Of a DNA stretch of 64,000 bases, positions 42,918 through 52,772 are shown piece by piece. Source of the DNA: Pirellulales bacterium (GTDB lineage Bacteria; Planctomycetota; Planctomycetia; Pirellulales; JAICIG01). A model generated the notes under the pieces. That model saw nothing but the letters and a program-made list of their open reading frames with translations. It was not told where the DNA came from and did not search any database. Location: NCBI GenBank assembly GCA_040901675.1, contig JBBDYJ010000035.1:1-64000 (forward strand). The letters run 5' to 3'. Both the position numbers and the translations under genes were made by a program. Position 1 is the first letter of the stretch; each line of letters starts with the position of its first letter.

Positions 42918-44701
42918 CAGCCGAATCCAGGCAGGCCATCGACCGGCAGCCAAGCGCGGCAGCCGCCCGCGTGCATCCGTGCCGCGGGTACGCGCTGGGC
43001 GTGGCGGTCGCATCGTGTATTCTGGCGGCCAGCCTGGCGCGGGCCGGCGAATCTTCCAACCGGCCGGCGCAGACCGTGGGACAGGTGCCGCTGAGAGCCA
43101 TCGGTCCGGATTCGCGGCAGGCGCCGCGCGAGCGCCCGCAGAGGGCTGGGCACCGCGGCGCCAGTGCGCAGGCCACCCCCCGGCGAAGCATGTCGCCCGT
43201 GGTTCGTGGTCAGAGCCCCGGCGAAGCCTGGGCCGGCGAGGGGGGCTATGACGACTCGCAGGCCTACTACCAGCAGGGCTCGCGGCCCGCACAGTCGTTC
43301 GGCTCGATTACGGCCGGCCAGGTCCCCATACAGCCCACCGACCCGTATTCGTCGCCCAGCTATCCGCGCCGGGATGCCGCCGGCCGCGGGGCCGTGGTGT
43401 CCGTTCAGTACACTTCTCCCACGGCGCCGCCCAACTACATCCCACCGCCGCGAGGCGGCGTTTATGTCCCACCCTCCACGCGATCGGTTCCGGAAGAAGA
43501 ACGCGTATTTACCGCTCCCGGCGCGGACGTTCCCTTTGGCGACGGCGGCGGATACGTGGGCCCCGAATTGATTCCGACCCCCGGTGAGCTTTATCCGCCC
43601 GACGTGCCCTTGTTCGAGCCGAGTATCGACTTGCAGGCGATCGCTCCTGAAACGCAGACCGGCCGGATCATGCTCGGCGTGGGCGTGAACTCCAACGCCG
43701 GCGTGGTCGGCAACATCGTCGTTGACGAGCAGAACTTCGACTGGCGGCGCTTCCCCTCGAGCTGGGAGGAAGTACGCAACGGCCAGGCATTCCGCGGCGC
43801 GGGCCAGCAGTTTCGCTTGGAAGCGGTGCCGGGCAACCAGGTGTCGCGATACCTGATCTCGTTCCGCGAGCCGTACCTGGGTGGCACGGGGATCAACTTC
43901 GGGCTGACCGGCTCGTTCTTCAACCGCCGTTACCGCGACTGGGACGAAGAACGCCTGGGCGGCCGCATCAGCCTGGGATACCAGTTCGCGCAGATCACGC
44001 CCGATCTGTCGGGGTCGGCCTCGCTGCGTCTGGAAAACGTGGAGATCAGCAACGCCCGCTTCCCGACGCCCCCCGAACTGGCCCGCGTCATCGGCGACAA
44101 TGGTGTGTATTCGGCCGAGTTCGCCCTGATGTACGACACCCGCGACAGCGCTTTTTTGCCCACGGAGGGAGGCCGGCTCAAGCTGGCTTTCGAGCAGGCC
44201 TTCGGCGACTTTGATTTTGGCCGCGCCACCGTCGAAGCACGCCGCTACTTTTTGATGCGCGAGCGGCCTGACGGATCGGGCCGGCACGTGCTCACCTTGG
44301 GAACCGACTTGGGCTTTACAAGCAGCGATACGCCGATTTTCGAGAACTTCTTTGCCGGCGGCTACACCACGCTGCGCGGCTTTTATTTTCGCGAGGCGTC
44401 GCCCCGCAGCATGAACGTGGTGGTCGGCGGGCGATTCCAGTGGATCAACTCGGTCGAATACATGTTCCCCGTCACGGCCGACGACGCCCTGCGGGGCGTG
44501 GTGTTCTGCGACTTCGGCACGGTCGAACGGGAAGTGGAGCTGCACAGCGAGAACTTCCGCGTTTCACCCGGCGTCGGCATCCGCGTGACCATCCCCGCCA
44601 TGGGTCCCGCGCCCATTGCTTTGGACCTTGCCTTCCCCGTGGCCCACGCCGACGGCGACCGCATCCAGACCGTCAGCTTCTTCGTCGGCTTCAGCCGTTG
44701 A
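42911..44701 (+). CDS. bamA: BamA/Omp85 C-terminal beta-barrel part
   Basis: QTGRIMLGVG, FREPYL, FFAGGYTTLRGF (VRGF-type lid motif), beta-signal-like end FFVGFSR; GGAG RBS before ATG 42911. Confidence 0.85.
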   Translation: MVTAESRQAIDRQPSAAAARVHPCRGYALGVAVASCILAASLARAGESSNRPAQTVGQVPLRAIGPDSRQAPRERPQRAGHRGASAQATPRRSMSPVVRGQSPGEAWAGEGGYDDSQAYYQQGSRPAQSFGSITAGQVPIQPTDPYSSPSYPRRDAAGRGAVVSVQYTSPTAPPNYIPPPRGGVYVPPSTRSVPEEERVFTAPGADVPFGDGGGYVGPELIPTPGELYPPDVPLFEPSIDLQAIAPETQTGRIMLGVGVNSNAGVVGNIVVDEQNFDWRRFPSSWEEVRNGQAFRGAGQQFRLEAVPGNQVSRYLISFREPYLGGTGINFGLTGSFFNRRYRDWDEERLGGRISLGYQFAQITPDLSGSASLRLENVEISNARFPTPPELARVIGDNGVYSAEFALMYDTRDSAFLPTEGGRLKLAFEQAFGDFDFGRATVEARRYFLMRERPDGSGRHVLTLGTDLGFTSSDTPIFENFFAGGYTTLRGFYFREASPRSMNVVVGGRFQWINSVEYMFPVTADDALRGVVFCDFGTVEREVELHSENFRVSPGVGIRVTIPAMGPAPIALDLAFPVAHADGDRIQTVSFFVGFSR

Positions 44702-44703
44702 CG

Positions 44704-44772
44704 CTAGTTGCTAGTTCCTGGTTGCTAGTTCCTAAGAACAACTAGCAACCAGCAACTAGCAACTAGCAACTA
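44704..44772. repeat. Inverted array of 7-mer CTAGTTG/CAACTAG repeats
   Basis: ctagttgctagttcctggttgctagtt...aactagcaaccagcaactagcaactagcaac between convergent genes. Confidence 0.75.
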
Positions 44773-45555
44773 ATTGCGTCCCAGCAGCCGGTCGACGGCG
44801 GCGCCGATATCGGGGCTGGCCATCAGCGTTTCGCCCACCAGGATCGCGTCGACGCCCGCCGCCTCGAGCCGCTCCACGTCCGAGCGCGTGCGAATGCCGC
44901 TTTCGCTGATCAGCACGCACTCGTCCGGCACCCGCGGACGCAGCCGCAACGTGTGCGACAGGTCGGTCTCGAACGTCCGCAGGTCGCGGTTGTTGATGCC
45001 GATCAACGTGGCCCCGGCGTCGAAGACCCGCTGCAGGTTGTCCGGCTCATACAGCTCGACCAGCGGAGCGAGCCCCAACTCCAGTGCCTCGTCGTGCAGC
45101 GAGCGGAGCTGGCAATCATCGAGGCATTCGGCAATCAACAGCACGGCGTCGGCGCCGGCTGCCCGCGCCTCCAGCAATTGGTACCGATCGAGAATAAAAT
45201 CCTTGCGGAGCACCGGCAAATCGACCGCCGCGCGCACTTGCCGCAGGGAGTCCAGGTGTCCCTGGAAATAAGTCTCATCCGTCAGCACGCTCAGGCAGGC
45301 GGCGCCGTGGCGCTGATACGTCAGGGCTATCTCCACCGGGTCGAAGTCCGCCCGGATCAACCCCTTCGAAGGACTGGCTTTCTTCACCTCCGCCACCAGC
45401 CGGATGGGACCTGGCCCGGCCAACGCGGCGAAAAAATCACGCACCCTCCCAGTGCCGGCCAGTTGCTCCAGCAGCAGGGACTCGGGCCGCTCCAGCTTGG
45501 CCAGGGCGATCTCCCGCCGCTTGCTGGCCATGATCTTGTCGAGAAGGGTGTCCAT
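44770..45555 (-). CDS. trpC: Indole-3-glycerol phosphate synthase
   Basis: AEVKKASPSKG, LSVLTD, PVLRKDFI, GINNRDL, SESGI. Confidence 0.97.
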   Translation of the reverse strand: MDTLLDKIMASKRREIALAKLERPESLLLEQLAGTGRVRDFFAALAGPGPIRLVAEVKKASPSKGLIRADFDPVEIALTYQRHGAACLSVLTDETYFQGHLDSLRQVRAAVDLPVLRKDFILDRYQLLEARAAGADAVLLIAECLDDCQLRSLHDEALELGLAPLVELYEPDNLQRVFDAGATLIGINNRDLRTFETDLSHTLRLRPRVPDECVLISESGIRTRSDVERLEAAGVDAILVGETLMASPDIGAAVDRLLGRN

Positions 45556-45577
45556 CAAAAAGGCAACCAGGAGCTAG

Positions 45578-45637
45578 AGCAGGCCGAAAGCCTACTCTAC
45601 AAGGAGGTACAGCAGGCTGGAAGCCTACTCTACAAGG
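45578..45637 (-). repeat. Tandem GTAG REP family E (2 copies)
   Basis: AGCAGGCYGRAAGCCTACTCTACAAGG at 45578 and 45611. Confidence 0.75.
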
Positions 45638-45640
45638 CCC

Positions 45641-47224
45641 TCAGTGCTTGAAGTGCCGCCGCCCCGTGAAAACCATGGCCAGCTTGTGGGCGTTGGCGGC
45701 CGAAATCACCTCGTCGTCCTTGCGCGAGCCGCCCGGCTGGATCAACGCGGTCACGCCCGCGGCGGCCGCAGCCTCGATCGAGTCGGCAAACGGAAAGAAG
45801 GCGTCCGAGGCCAACGCGGCCCCCGCGGACTTCGCGCCCGCCTTGGCCAGAGCAATCTGCACCGAATCGACGCGGCTCATCTGTCCCGCGCCCACGCCGG
45901 CCAGCGCCTGCTCGCGGCACACCACGATCGCGTTCGACTTGACGTGCCGCACCAGCCACCACGCAAAATGCAGGTCCAGCCATTCGCTCTCGGTGGGGCT
46001 GCGATGGCTCACGGTCTTCCAGTCGCTGGTCGGATCGGCGAGCACGTCGGCCTCCTGCACCAGCAGCCCGCCCGCCACGCGCCGGTAGTCCCAGCGCGGC
46101 GCCTCGGCCGGCAGCGAACCCACCTCCATCAGCCGCACGTTGGCCTTCCACTTGGGCCGCGTGGTCAGCAGCTCCAAAGCTTCGGCCGTGTAGCCGGGAG
46201 CGACGATGGCTTCGATAAACCGATCCGGCTCCACGAGCACTTCGGCCGACGGGGCGTCGACAACGCGGTTGAAGCCGAGCACGGAGCCGAAAGCGCTGAC
46301 CGGATCGCCCGCAAGCGCGCGCCGCGTGGCCATGGCCAGCGCCTGCGCCTGGGCGGCGCCGCACGGATTGTTGTGTTTGATGACCGCGGCGGCCGGGCCC
46401 TCCAAACCTCGCACGATGGCCAAGGCGCTATCGAGATCGAGCAGGTTATTGTACGACAGCTCTTTGCCATTCAGTTGCCGGGCCGATACCACGTTGTCCC
46501 GGCCGGCAAGCGGCTCGGCGTACAAAGCCGCCCGCTGGTGCGGGTTTTCACCGTAGCGGAGCACCTGGCCGAGCGACAGATCCAACTGCCAGCGCGGGCC
46601 GAATGGTTGCTCAAGCTCGCCATGGGACTCCTGCTGGCGCGCAAACCAGGCGGCAATGGCGCCGTCGTAGCGCGCCGTATGGTCGAAGGCGGCAGCCGCC
46701 AGCTTCCGCCGCAGCTCGATCGACGTGCGGCCGTGCGCGGCGATCTGCTCCAGGATCTCGCCATACTGCTCGGGGCTTGTGGCTACGGTGACAAAGGCAT
46801 GGTTCTTGGCCGCGGCGCGCACCAGCGACGGCCCGCCGATGTCGATTTGCTCGATCGCCTCAGCCGGAGAAACATGGTCGCGGGCGATCGTCGCCTCGAA
46901 CGGATAGAGATTCACGACCACCAACTCGAACGGAACAATGCCGTGCCGCGCCAGTTCCTCCATGTCCTGGGCATGATCGTGCCGGCAGAGGATGCCCCCG
47001 TGCACTTTGGGGTGCAGGGTCTTGATCCGCCCGTCCATCATCTCCGGGAAGCCGGTATAGGCCGATACGTCCTCGACGGCGAGCCCATCCGCTTCCAGCG
47101 AGGCGCGCGTGCCCCCCGTGCTGTAAATCCGCACGCCGGCGGCGGCCAATCCGCGGGCGAACTCCCCCAGGCCGGCTTTATTGCTCACGCTGATCAGCGC
47201 TCGCTGAATTCGTGGCGATTCCAT
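45641..47224 (-). CDS. purH: Bifunctional AICAR transformylase/IMP cyclohydrolase
   Basis: ALISV, KTLHP, IDIGG, LRYGENPHQ, KHNNPCG, GQMSRVD, RHFKH. Confidence 0.97.
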   Translation of the reverse strand: MESPRIQRALISVSNKAGLGEFARGLAAAGVRIYSTGGTRASLEADGLAVEDVSAYTGFPEMMDGRIKTLHPKVHGGILCRHDHAQDMEELARHGIVPFELVVVNLYPFEATIARDHVSPAEAIEQIDIGGPSLVRAAAKNHAFVTVATSPEQYGEILEQIAAHGRTSIELRRKLAAAAFDHTARYDGAIAAWFARQQESHGELEQPFGPRWQLDLSLGQVLRYGENPHQRAALYAEPLAGRDNVVSARQLNGKELSYNNLLDLDSALAIVRGLEGPAAAVIKHNNPCGAAQAQALAMATRRALAGDPVSAFGSVLGFNRVVDAPSAEVLVEPDRFIEAIVAPGYTAEALELLTTRPKWKANVRLMEVGSLPAEAPRWDYRRVAGGLLVQEADVLADPTSDWKTVSHRSPTESEWLDLHFAWWLVRHVKSNAIVVCREQALAGVGAGQMSRVDSVQIALAKAGAKSAGAALASDAFFPFADSIEAAAAAGVTALIQPGGSRKDDEVISAANAHKLAMVFTGRRHFKH

Positions 47225-47290
47225 TGGCCATCCGTGGGGCAGGCCTGGCGCGAGCGACCGGAAGGTTGCCCTCGTGCTCGCACCGGCAGG

Positions 47291-48652
47291 CTAGTCAAAG
47301 GGATCCGCCGCTTCATCCGCCGCGTCGGCCGGCTCTTCCATCTCGGCCTCGGCCTCCTCGCTGTCCGGCTCGTCGCTGTCCGGCTCGTCGCTGTCCGGCT
47401 CGTCGCTGTCCGGCTCGTCGGTCTCCGGCTCTTCGCCTTCGGCCGGCTCGTCGGGGGCCACCGGGGCGGGCGGGCGGGCACGATGGATCACCGGCTCGCT
47501 CAATTGAACTTCGTGCAGGCATTGGATCAAGCCGGTCCGCGTGCCCAGGTAGATCCGGTCGGTCTGGTCGTTGACTAGCTTCAGGTCCAACGCCGAGGTT
47601 TCCAGCGATCCAAGCCGGGCGCCGCTCTGCGCGTCGAGAATCACCAACCTGCCCAGCAAATCGACCGTGTATAAGCGCGTCGGGCTGGCCGCGACAAAGT
47701 GGTATATGCCCGGCACCGACCATTGCTCCACCCCCGTCTCCACCGACAGCCGGAACAGACCGCCCGTCTCGGGAATCAAGAACAGCGAGTCACCGATCAC
47801 TACCGGCTGTTCCACGACCGGATTGCCGCTGGAGAACTTCCACGAGGCATAGCCCCGTTCTTCGCGGATCGCATACACGTAGCCGTCTCGCGAGGCGGCG
47901 TACACGAACGGCGTTCGGTACGACAGCGGGGCCGTGATTGCACCGCGGGCGCTGAACTTGAATCGCGCCGCCAGGTCCTCCGGAGTGACCGAATAAACGT
48001 TGCCTTGCGACGTCGCCCAAACCACGTTGGTCGAGGTGACAATCGGCGCCGACTCGGCCATCCCTTTGCCCTGGTACACCAGCGGCTGGTCCTTCAGCAA
48101 CTTCTCCAACGGGTCCAGCAGATCGTCCTCTTTCGGATCAGGCAGCAGGTAGCTCATCAGCACGCCGCTCGTCAAAGGCACGTAGGCCCGATTGTGACTG
48201 ATCGCCACCCCGGCGCTCGGCACCCCGTTCAGCCGCTTCTCCCAGACCAGGCGGCCTGTGTCGCGCTCAAACAGATACAGGTGCGCCCCGTTGTTGGTGA
48301 CGACGAATCGGTCGTTGGCGGCCGGCGGCGTCACGGGATAATTGGGACGGCCAACATGGGCGATCCAGAGCGTCCGCCGCGTCTCCGCGTCCATCACCTG
48401 GATCGTGGCCTGGTCGGTCTGCACCATCAACAGGCCGTCTTCGAGCGACACGTGTGCAATCCGCCCGCGCGAACGGTCCACCTCGACCTGCGTCACCCAG
48501 GCCCGCGTCAGGCCGTGCCGCAATGCCTCGCTCTGAGGTATGATTTCCCGCCCAAGACGCTGGGCCCAGGCAGAACGTGTCGAGAACATTGCCGCGGCCG
48601 CCAGCACGGCCAGCGCCAGCACGGACCAGCGTCGAATCACCACGAATTTCAT
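47291..48652 (-). CDS. PQQ-like beta-propeller (BamB-like) exported protein with acidic tail
   Basis: Signal peptide; repeated xGxxxW blades (TGRLVW, TGVEQW); EPDSD repeats at C-terminus. Confidence 0.82.
   Translation of the reverse strand: MKFVVIRRWSVLALAVLAAAAMFSTRSAWAQRLGREIIPQSEALRHGLTRAWVTQVEVDRSRGRIAHVSLEDGLLMVQTDQATIQVMDAETRRTLWIAHVGRPNYPVTPPAANDRFVVTNNGAHLYLFERDTGRLVWEKRLNGVPSAGVAISHNRAYVPLTSGVLMSYLLPDPKEDDLLDPLEKLLKDQPLVYQGKGMAESAPIVTSTNVVWATSQGNVYSVTPEDLAARFKFSARGAITAPLSYRTPFVYAASRDGYVYAIREERGYASWKFSSGNPVVEQPVVIGDSLFLIPETGGLFRLSVETGVEQWSVPGIYHFVAASPTRLYTVDLLGRLVILDAQSGARLGSLETSALDLKLVNDQTDRIYLGTRTGLIQCLHEVQLSEPVIHRARPPAPVAPDEPAEGEEPETDEPDSDEPDSDEPDSDEPDSEEAEAEMEEPADAADEAADPFD
47357..47430. 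repeat. 15-bp coding tandem repeat (DEPDS)
   Basis: (C)GTCGCTGTCCGGCT repeated about 4-5 times. Confidence 0.85.
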
Positions 48653-48794
48653 CGATGCGACTCCCTCATTCCCTCCGGCGGCGGATAGCGTAGGCGGGCC
48701 AACCTCTCTATCATAATCGGTGAGCCGGTCAGGCGGCACGAAAAAAACGGCGTTTTCGCGGACAAAACGCCTCCCGACGGCCCGGAGATGCTTG

Positions 48795-51700
48795 ATGGAT
48801 CCAGCGACGTCCCTCACAAAAGACCAGGCGGCCTTGGAAATGCTCGGCTACCTGAACTTTTCCTCGGGGACCTCGGATGCCCGATTCCTGAGCAATCTGA
48901 ACGCCGTCGCCGGATGCCTCATGGCAGCCAACCCCCCCCAGGGCAACTGGTGGAACCAACTCGGCCACTGGCTCGTGGCACAGCTCGGAGCCTGCCGCGG
49001 CACTTCGGCTGCCTTCAGCCACCTGGAGCAGGCCGAGGCGATCATCCCGCTGGTACTCCACGGCTTACTGCCCGCCTATCGCGATTTTCACCGGGAGCTA
49101 CTGTTCCATCAGTCCGAGGCGGACTTGTTCCAGCCTTTCTTTGTCGGGCGGGCCTTCGAGGCGGCCTTGGAACAGGGACCTGCCTGGCATGACCGGGAGC
49201 GGATCGTGGCCGGGGCGCTGGGCCGGCTGAACGACTTCGTGGGCCATCGTCCGGTCGCCGTGCTGAGGACGGCCCACAAGATCGAACCCTACCCGCACGA
49301 ACTGGTACGGCCGATCCCGATTTATATCCGGGGGGCCGGCGTGGCGGTGGGCAGGTACCAGGGCGTGATCGAGCAGGCACTGGCGATCCTCGCCGCGTCG
49401 CCGCCGGAAATCCAGGAGCAGTCCTGGTTCGATCTCGACTTGCTGGACGAGCTGGCCGTCGATCCGCGGGCCTATGACTTCGATCATCCCGTGAACAAGC
49501 GGCCCAACTACCAGTTTGGCCAATGGGACCCGCACCACATCGACAACCTGGGACGCTACCGCCGCTTTGTCTTGCAGCAAGTGACCCTCGATGCGCTGGT
49601 CGATCGGGTCGACTCGCCCGGCGAGCTGGCGCGCGGCGAGGCCTTGTTCGAAGCCGGAGCCGTGCTGGCCGGCGTCGTGCTCATGGCTGCCGGCATTTCC
49701 GGACGCGGGCCCGACACGCACGATTCCACCGTGACGTTGGCCACCCTCCTGCCCACAATCGCCGGCTATCGCGATGCCTTCTACAGCGCCCTGCTGGAAG
49801 GCCTCGCCGGCCCGCACGGCCAGCGGCTGCGGGCTGAAGCCGCCGCCTTGAAGCAGCCATTCGGCGGCGCCCGCCAGCACCTCAACCAGCGGCTCGCCCG
49901 GCTGCGCGCCATCCAGCTTCAGCACGTGCATCTCGCCCAGTTGTTTGCCCGCATGGGCTACCCCCAGGCCAGCAGCCGCCAGGCCCGCGTCGTGCCGGTC
50001 GCTTCGGCCCGCTTGCTGTGCGAGATCAACGGCCGGCTGACCGCGGCCCACCACGCCATCGACCGTGTTCAACTGGAGGAGGCCGGCCGCCTGCTCCCCG
50101 AAATCGAAGACCTTCTCCAGCGGGCCATCGAATGCGGGGCGCTGGTCGATCCTTGGAACATCCTCGGATTTCAGGGGCAGTTCAGCTTGTTCCCCGCCGT
50201 GGAGAACAGCGTCCGCGATCACCGGGTCGATGTGCTGGTGCACCTCGTCTCCGAGATCTTCGGCCTTTACGCACGCCTGCAGGGCGAGGCCGCGGCGCGC
50301 GGCCAGGCACCGTTGGCCGAGACGCTGTCGGGGCGGCTCGCTGCGTTGGCTCGCTGGTGGGATCGCTTCGCCACGCTCGACGTGGAGGGGGTCGAGCATG
50401 TTTCGGGACGCGAGGCTGCCGAATCGGCCGCGCACGTTGCCGCCGCGCTGGGCGCCTGGCATCAGGTGGGAGCCGCTGCCGGCGATCTCGGCTTCTGGCG
50501 GAAGCACGTCCAACGCTTCAACTCGCCCAAAGCCTACGCGCTGGTCGTCGAGGCCCTGCTGGAGAAACGCGATTTCGTGGCTTCCATGGCCCTTCTGATC
50601 CAATGGATTGGCCGGGCCCAGCAGGTGCCGCTCCTCGATGGCGAGTACTCATTTTGCGACCTGGCAATCGCCTGGCTGCAGGCGCTGCGCGAACCCTCGC
50701 CGGCCCGCGTCCGGACGGATCCTTCCGCACGGCAAGCTGCCGCTCCCGATCCGCCTACGGCGGACCAGCGCTGGCAGTGGTGCACCCGCTTCTTCGATTA
50801 CCTGGAAGCCAATGCCGAGGAATACTGGGAAGTCCCCCGCTTCGAGCTGGCAAACAATGCATCCGCCCAGTCGAGGCCGTCCGACGACGACCCCGACGAC
50901 GGCAACCGGCACGGCCTGTTCAGTGCGGCCTACGAGGAGGTCAGCTACCGCGATAGCACCGACGACGGCCTCGAGGCCGATATGCTCCAGGGCGGTCCGC
51001 CGGCCGGCGACGTCGAGCTGAACCTGGAATTCGAGCGGCTGGCAAAGCGGCTGCTGTTTTTGTCCACCCTGGCCCGGCTGTGGAAGATCGCGGCCGCCTG
51101 TTCCGTTGCCGGCGGCGACTGCGCCGGACACGACGAAGTGCTGCGGGCCTGGTTTGCAAGGGCCGTGGCCAATCGCCGCGATCTGTTCGACCTGCTCAAC
51201 ACGGTCCACCGCTATCCGTTAAACGAGCCTGCGGCCGGCCGCGAGTCGCTGCTGGAGTACAACCGCCGCCGCGCCGCGAAGGAATGGCTGCTGGCGAGGA
51301 TCATCGCCGCTTGCGTCGATACGTCGGACGCGGCCCGCTTGCTGGCGGCAGCCGCCGAACGCCTCGACGCCGGCGGCGACCTGGCCGCCTGGGAGCGGTC
51401 GGCCGTCGACGTGCTGCGGCCCATGTTTCGTGGAGACGCACAGCGCACTCAGGCCTGTTTCGCGGCACTTCGCCCCTTGCTGGAGCAAGAACCGATCGTG
51501 TACGTGCCGCTCGCTAGGCACGGCGCACCCGGCCCGATCGTGGGAGCTTATACGCTGCAGCAGCTCTTGCTGGGCCTGTTGGCCGGCTTTCCCCGGCTGG
51601 GGCTGTTGGCTGAAACCTGCCAGGTGATCGAAACGACCCACAACATGGAACAGCATCGCCCTCCGGGCAAACCGGCCATTACCGAGTTCGGCCGCCTGTT

Positions 51701-52763
51701 CGAGGCCGGCTACCGGTCGCTGGTCGAGGCGTTGGTCAGGGCGGCCGGGCCTCAGCCGGCTGCCGGCGACAGCGAAGACGTTGCCGCCGTCTCGGATGCC
51801 GAATTGATCGAATGCCTGGAACGGCTGACCGAGTCGCTGCTCCGGCATTGGCTGGCGCACAGCCGGTCGTTGCGTTTATCGGTGCTGGAAAAAGTGGCCG
51901 ACTCGGATCGCTGGCAGGAACTGAAGGATTTCATCGAGCGTTACGGCGGCGACCTGTTCACGGTGAAGTTCTGCAACCTCGACAACCTGCGAGCGATCCT
52001 GCACCAGGGAGTCGACCGCTGGTTAGGCCGCCTTGAAGAGCGCGACGACGAACCGGGCAGGCCCGCTCTGTTGGACGACCTCGACCGCGGCATCCCCCGC
52101 CAGACCGCCGTCGAGCGGCTGACGCTGGCCATCGAAGCCCTGGCGCAGAACCACCCCGAGTTCAGGGACTACAAGACCTCCACGACGCAGTCGGACCGCG
52201 GCGAGTCGCTGTACATTCTGCTCGACTTCTTGCGACTCAAGGCGAGTTACGACCGCTTCGCCTGGAACGTCAGGCCGCTGCTCATCGCCCATGAAATCCT
52301 GGTGCGGCACGGACGCATGTCGGCCGCGGACCGTTGGCGGCAGGCCACCGCCGACCGGACCGCCAAGGTGGCCGATTGGCATGAGAAACGCCTGGCCGAG
52401 CTCAGCCGGCAGTACGGCCTGCGGCTGCCGGCCGTCGCCGACCGGATCGGCGAACGATTCGCGCGGCCGCTGGCCATCGATCGCGTGCGGGCCTTGATCG
52501 CCCCGGCGATCGACGACGCCCGCCAGGCGTGCCCCGGCGTCTCTTTCGACTTGCTGGAGCAATACTTGGCCGAGTTCATCGCCAACCCTTCCGGCTCCGG
52601 GCTCGACGTGCCCGCCTGGCTCTTGGCTCTCGAAGACGAAGCCGACCATCTCAGCAATGCCCGCCGCAGGCTCGGCCGGCCCGCCGACGCCGACCCCGCC
52701 GTTCCCCTGCTGCCGGTGACCTGGCATGAGGTCGTGGCCCGGATCAAACCGATCGAGGCCTAG
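48795..52763 (+). CDS. Large (~1320 aa) hypothetical alpha-helical protein
   Basis: Long ORF with coding-like codon usage; LGYLNFSSG and YDFDHPVNKRPNYQFGQWDPH blocks; no known domain recognised. Confidence 0.85.
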   Translation: MDPATSLTKDQAALEMLGYLNFSSGTSDARFLSNLNAVAGCLMAANPPQGNWWNQLGHWLVAQLGACRGTSAAFSHLEQAEAIIPLVLHGLLPAYRDFHRELLFHQSEADLFQPFFVGRAFEAALEQGPAWHDRERIVAGALGRLNDFVGHRPVAVLRTAHKIEPYPHELVRPIPIYIRGAGVAVGRYQGVIEQALAILAASPPEIQEQSWFDLDLLDELAVDPRAYDFDHPVNKRPNYQFGQWDPHHIDNLGRYRRFVLQQVTLDALVDRVDSPGELARGEALFEAGAVLAGVVLMAAGISGRGPDTHDSTVTLATLLPTIAGYRDAFYSALLEGLAGPHGQRLRAEAAALKQPFGGARQHLNQRLARLRAIQLQHVHLAQLFARMGYPQASSRQARVVPVASARLLCEINGRLTAAHHAIDRVQLEEAGRLLPEIEDLLQRAIECGALVDPWNILGFQGQFSLFPAVENSVRDHRVDVLVHLVSEIFGLYARLQGEAAARGQAPLAETLSGRLAALARWWDRFATLDVEGVEHVSGREAAESAAHVAAALGAWHQVGAAAGDLGFWRKHVQRFNSPKAYALVVEALLEKRDFVASMALLIQWIGRAQQVPLLDGEYSFCDLAIAWLQALREPSPARVRTDPSARQAAAPDPPTADQRWQWCTRFFDYLEANAEEYWEVPRFELANNASAQSRPSDDDPDDGNRHGLFSAAYEEVSYRDSTDDGLEADMLQGGPPAGDVELNLEFERLAKRLLFLSTLARLWKIAAACSVAGGDCAGHDEVLRAWFARAVANRRDLFDLLNTVHRYPLNEPAAGRESLLEYNRRRAAKEWLLARIIAACVDTSDAARLLAAAAERLDAGGDLAAWERSAVDVLRPMFRGDAQRTQACFAALRPLLEQEPIVYVPLARHGAPGPIVGAYTLQQLLLGLLAGFPRLGLLAETCQVIETTHNMEQHRPPGKPAITEFGRLFEAGYRSLVEALVRAAGPQPAAGDSEDVAAVSDAELIECLERLTESLLRHWLAHSRSLRLSVLEKVADSDRWQELKDFIERYGGDLFTVKFCNLDNLRAILHQGVDRWLGRLEERDDEPGRPALLDDLDRGIPRQTAVERLTLAIEALAQNHPEFRDYKTSTTQSDRGESLYILLDFLRLKASYDRFAWNVRPLLIAHEILVRHGRMSAADRWRQATADRTAKVADWHEKRLAELSRQYGLRLPAVADRIGERFARPLAIDRVRALIAPAIDDARQACPGVSFDLLEQYLAEFIANPSGSGLDVPAWLLALEDEADHLSNARRRLGRPADADPAVPLLPVTWHEVVARIKPIEA

Positions 52764-52772
52764 ACGATCCCG

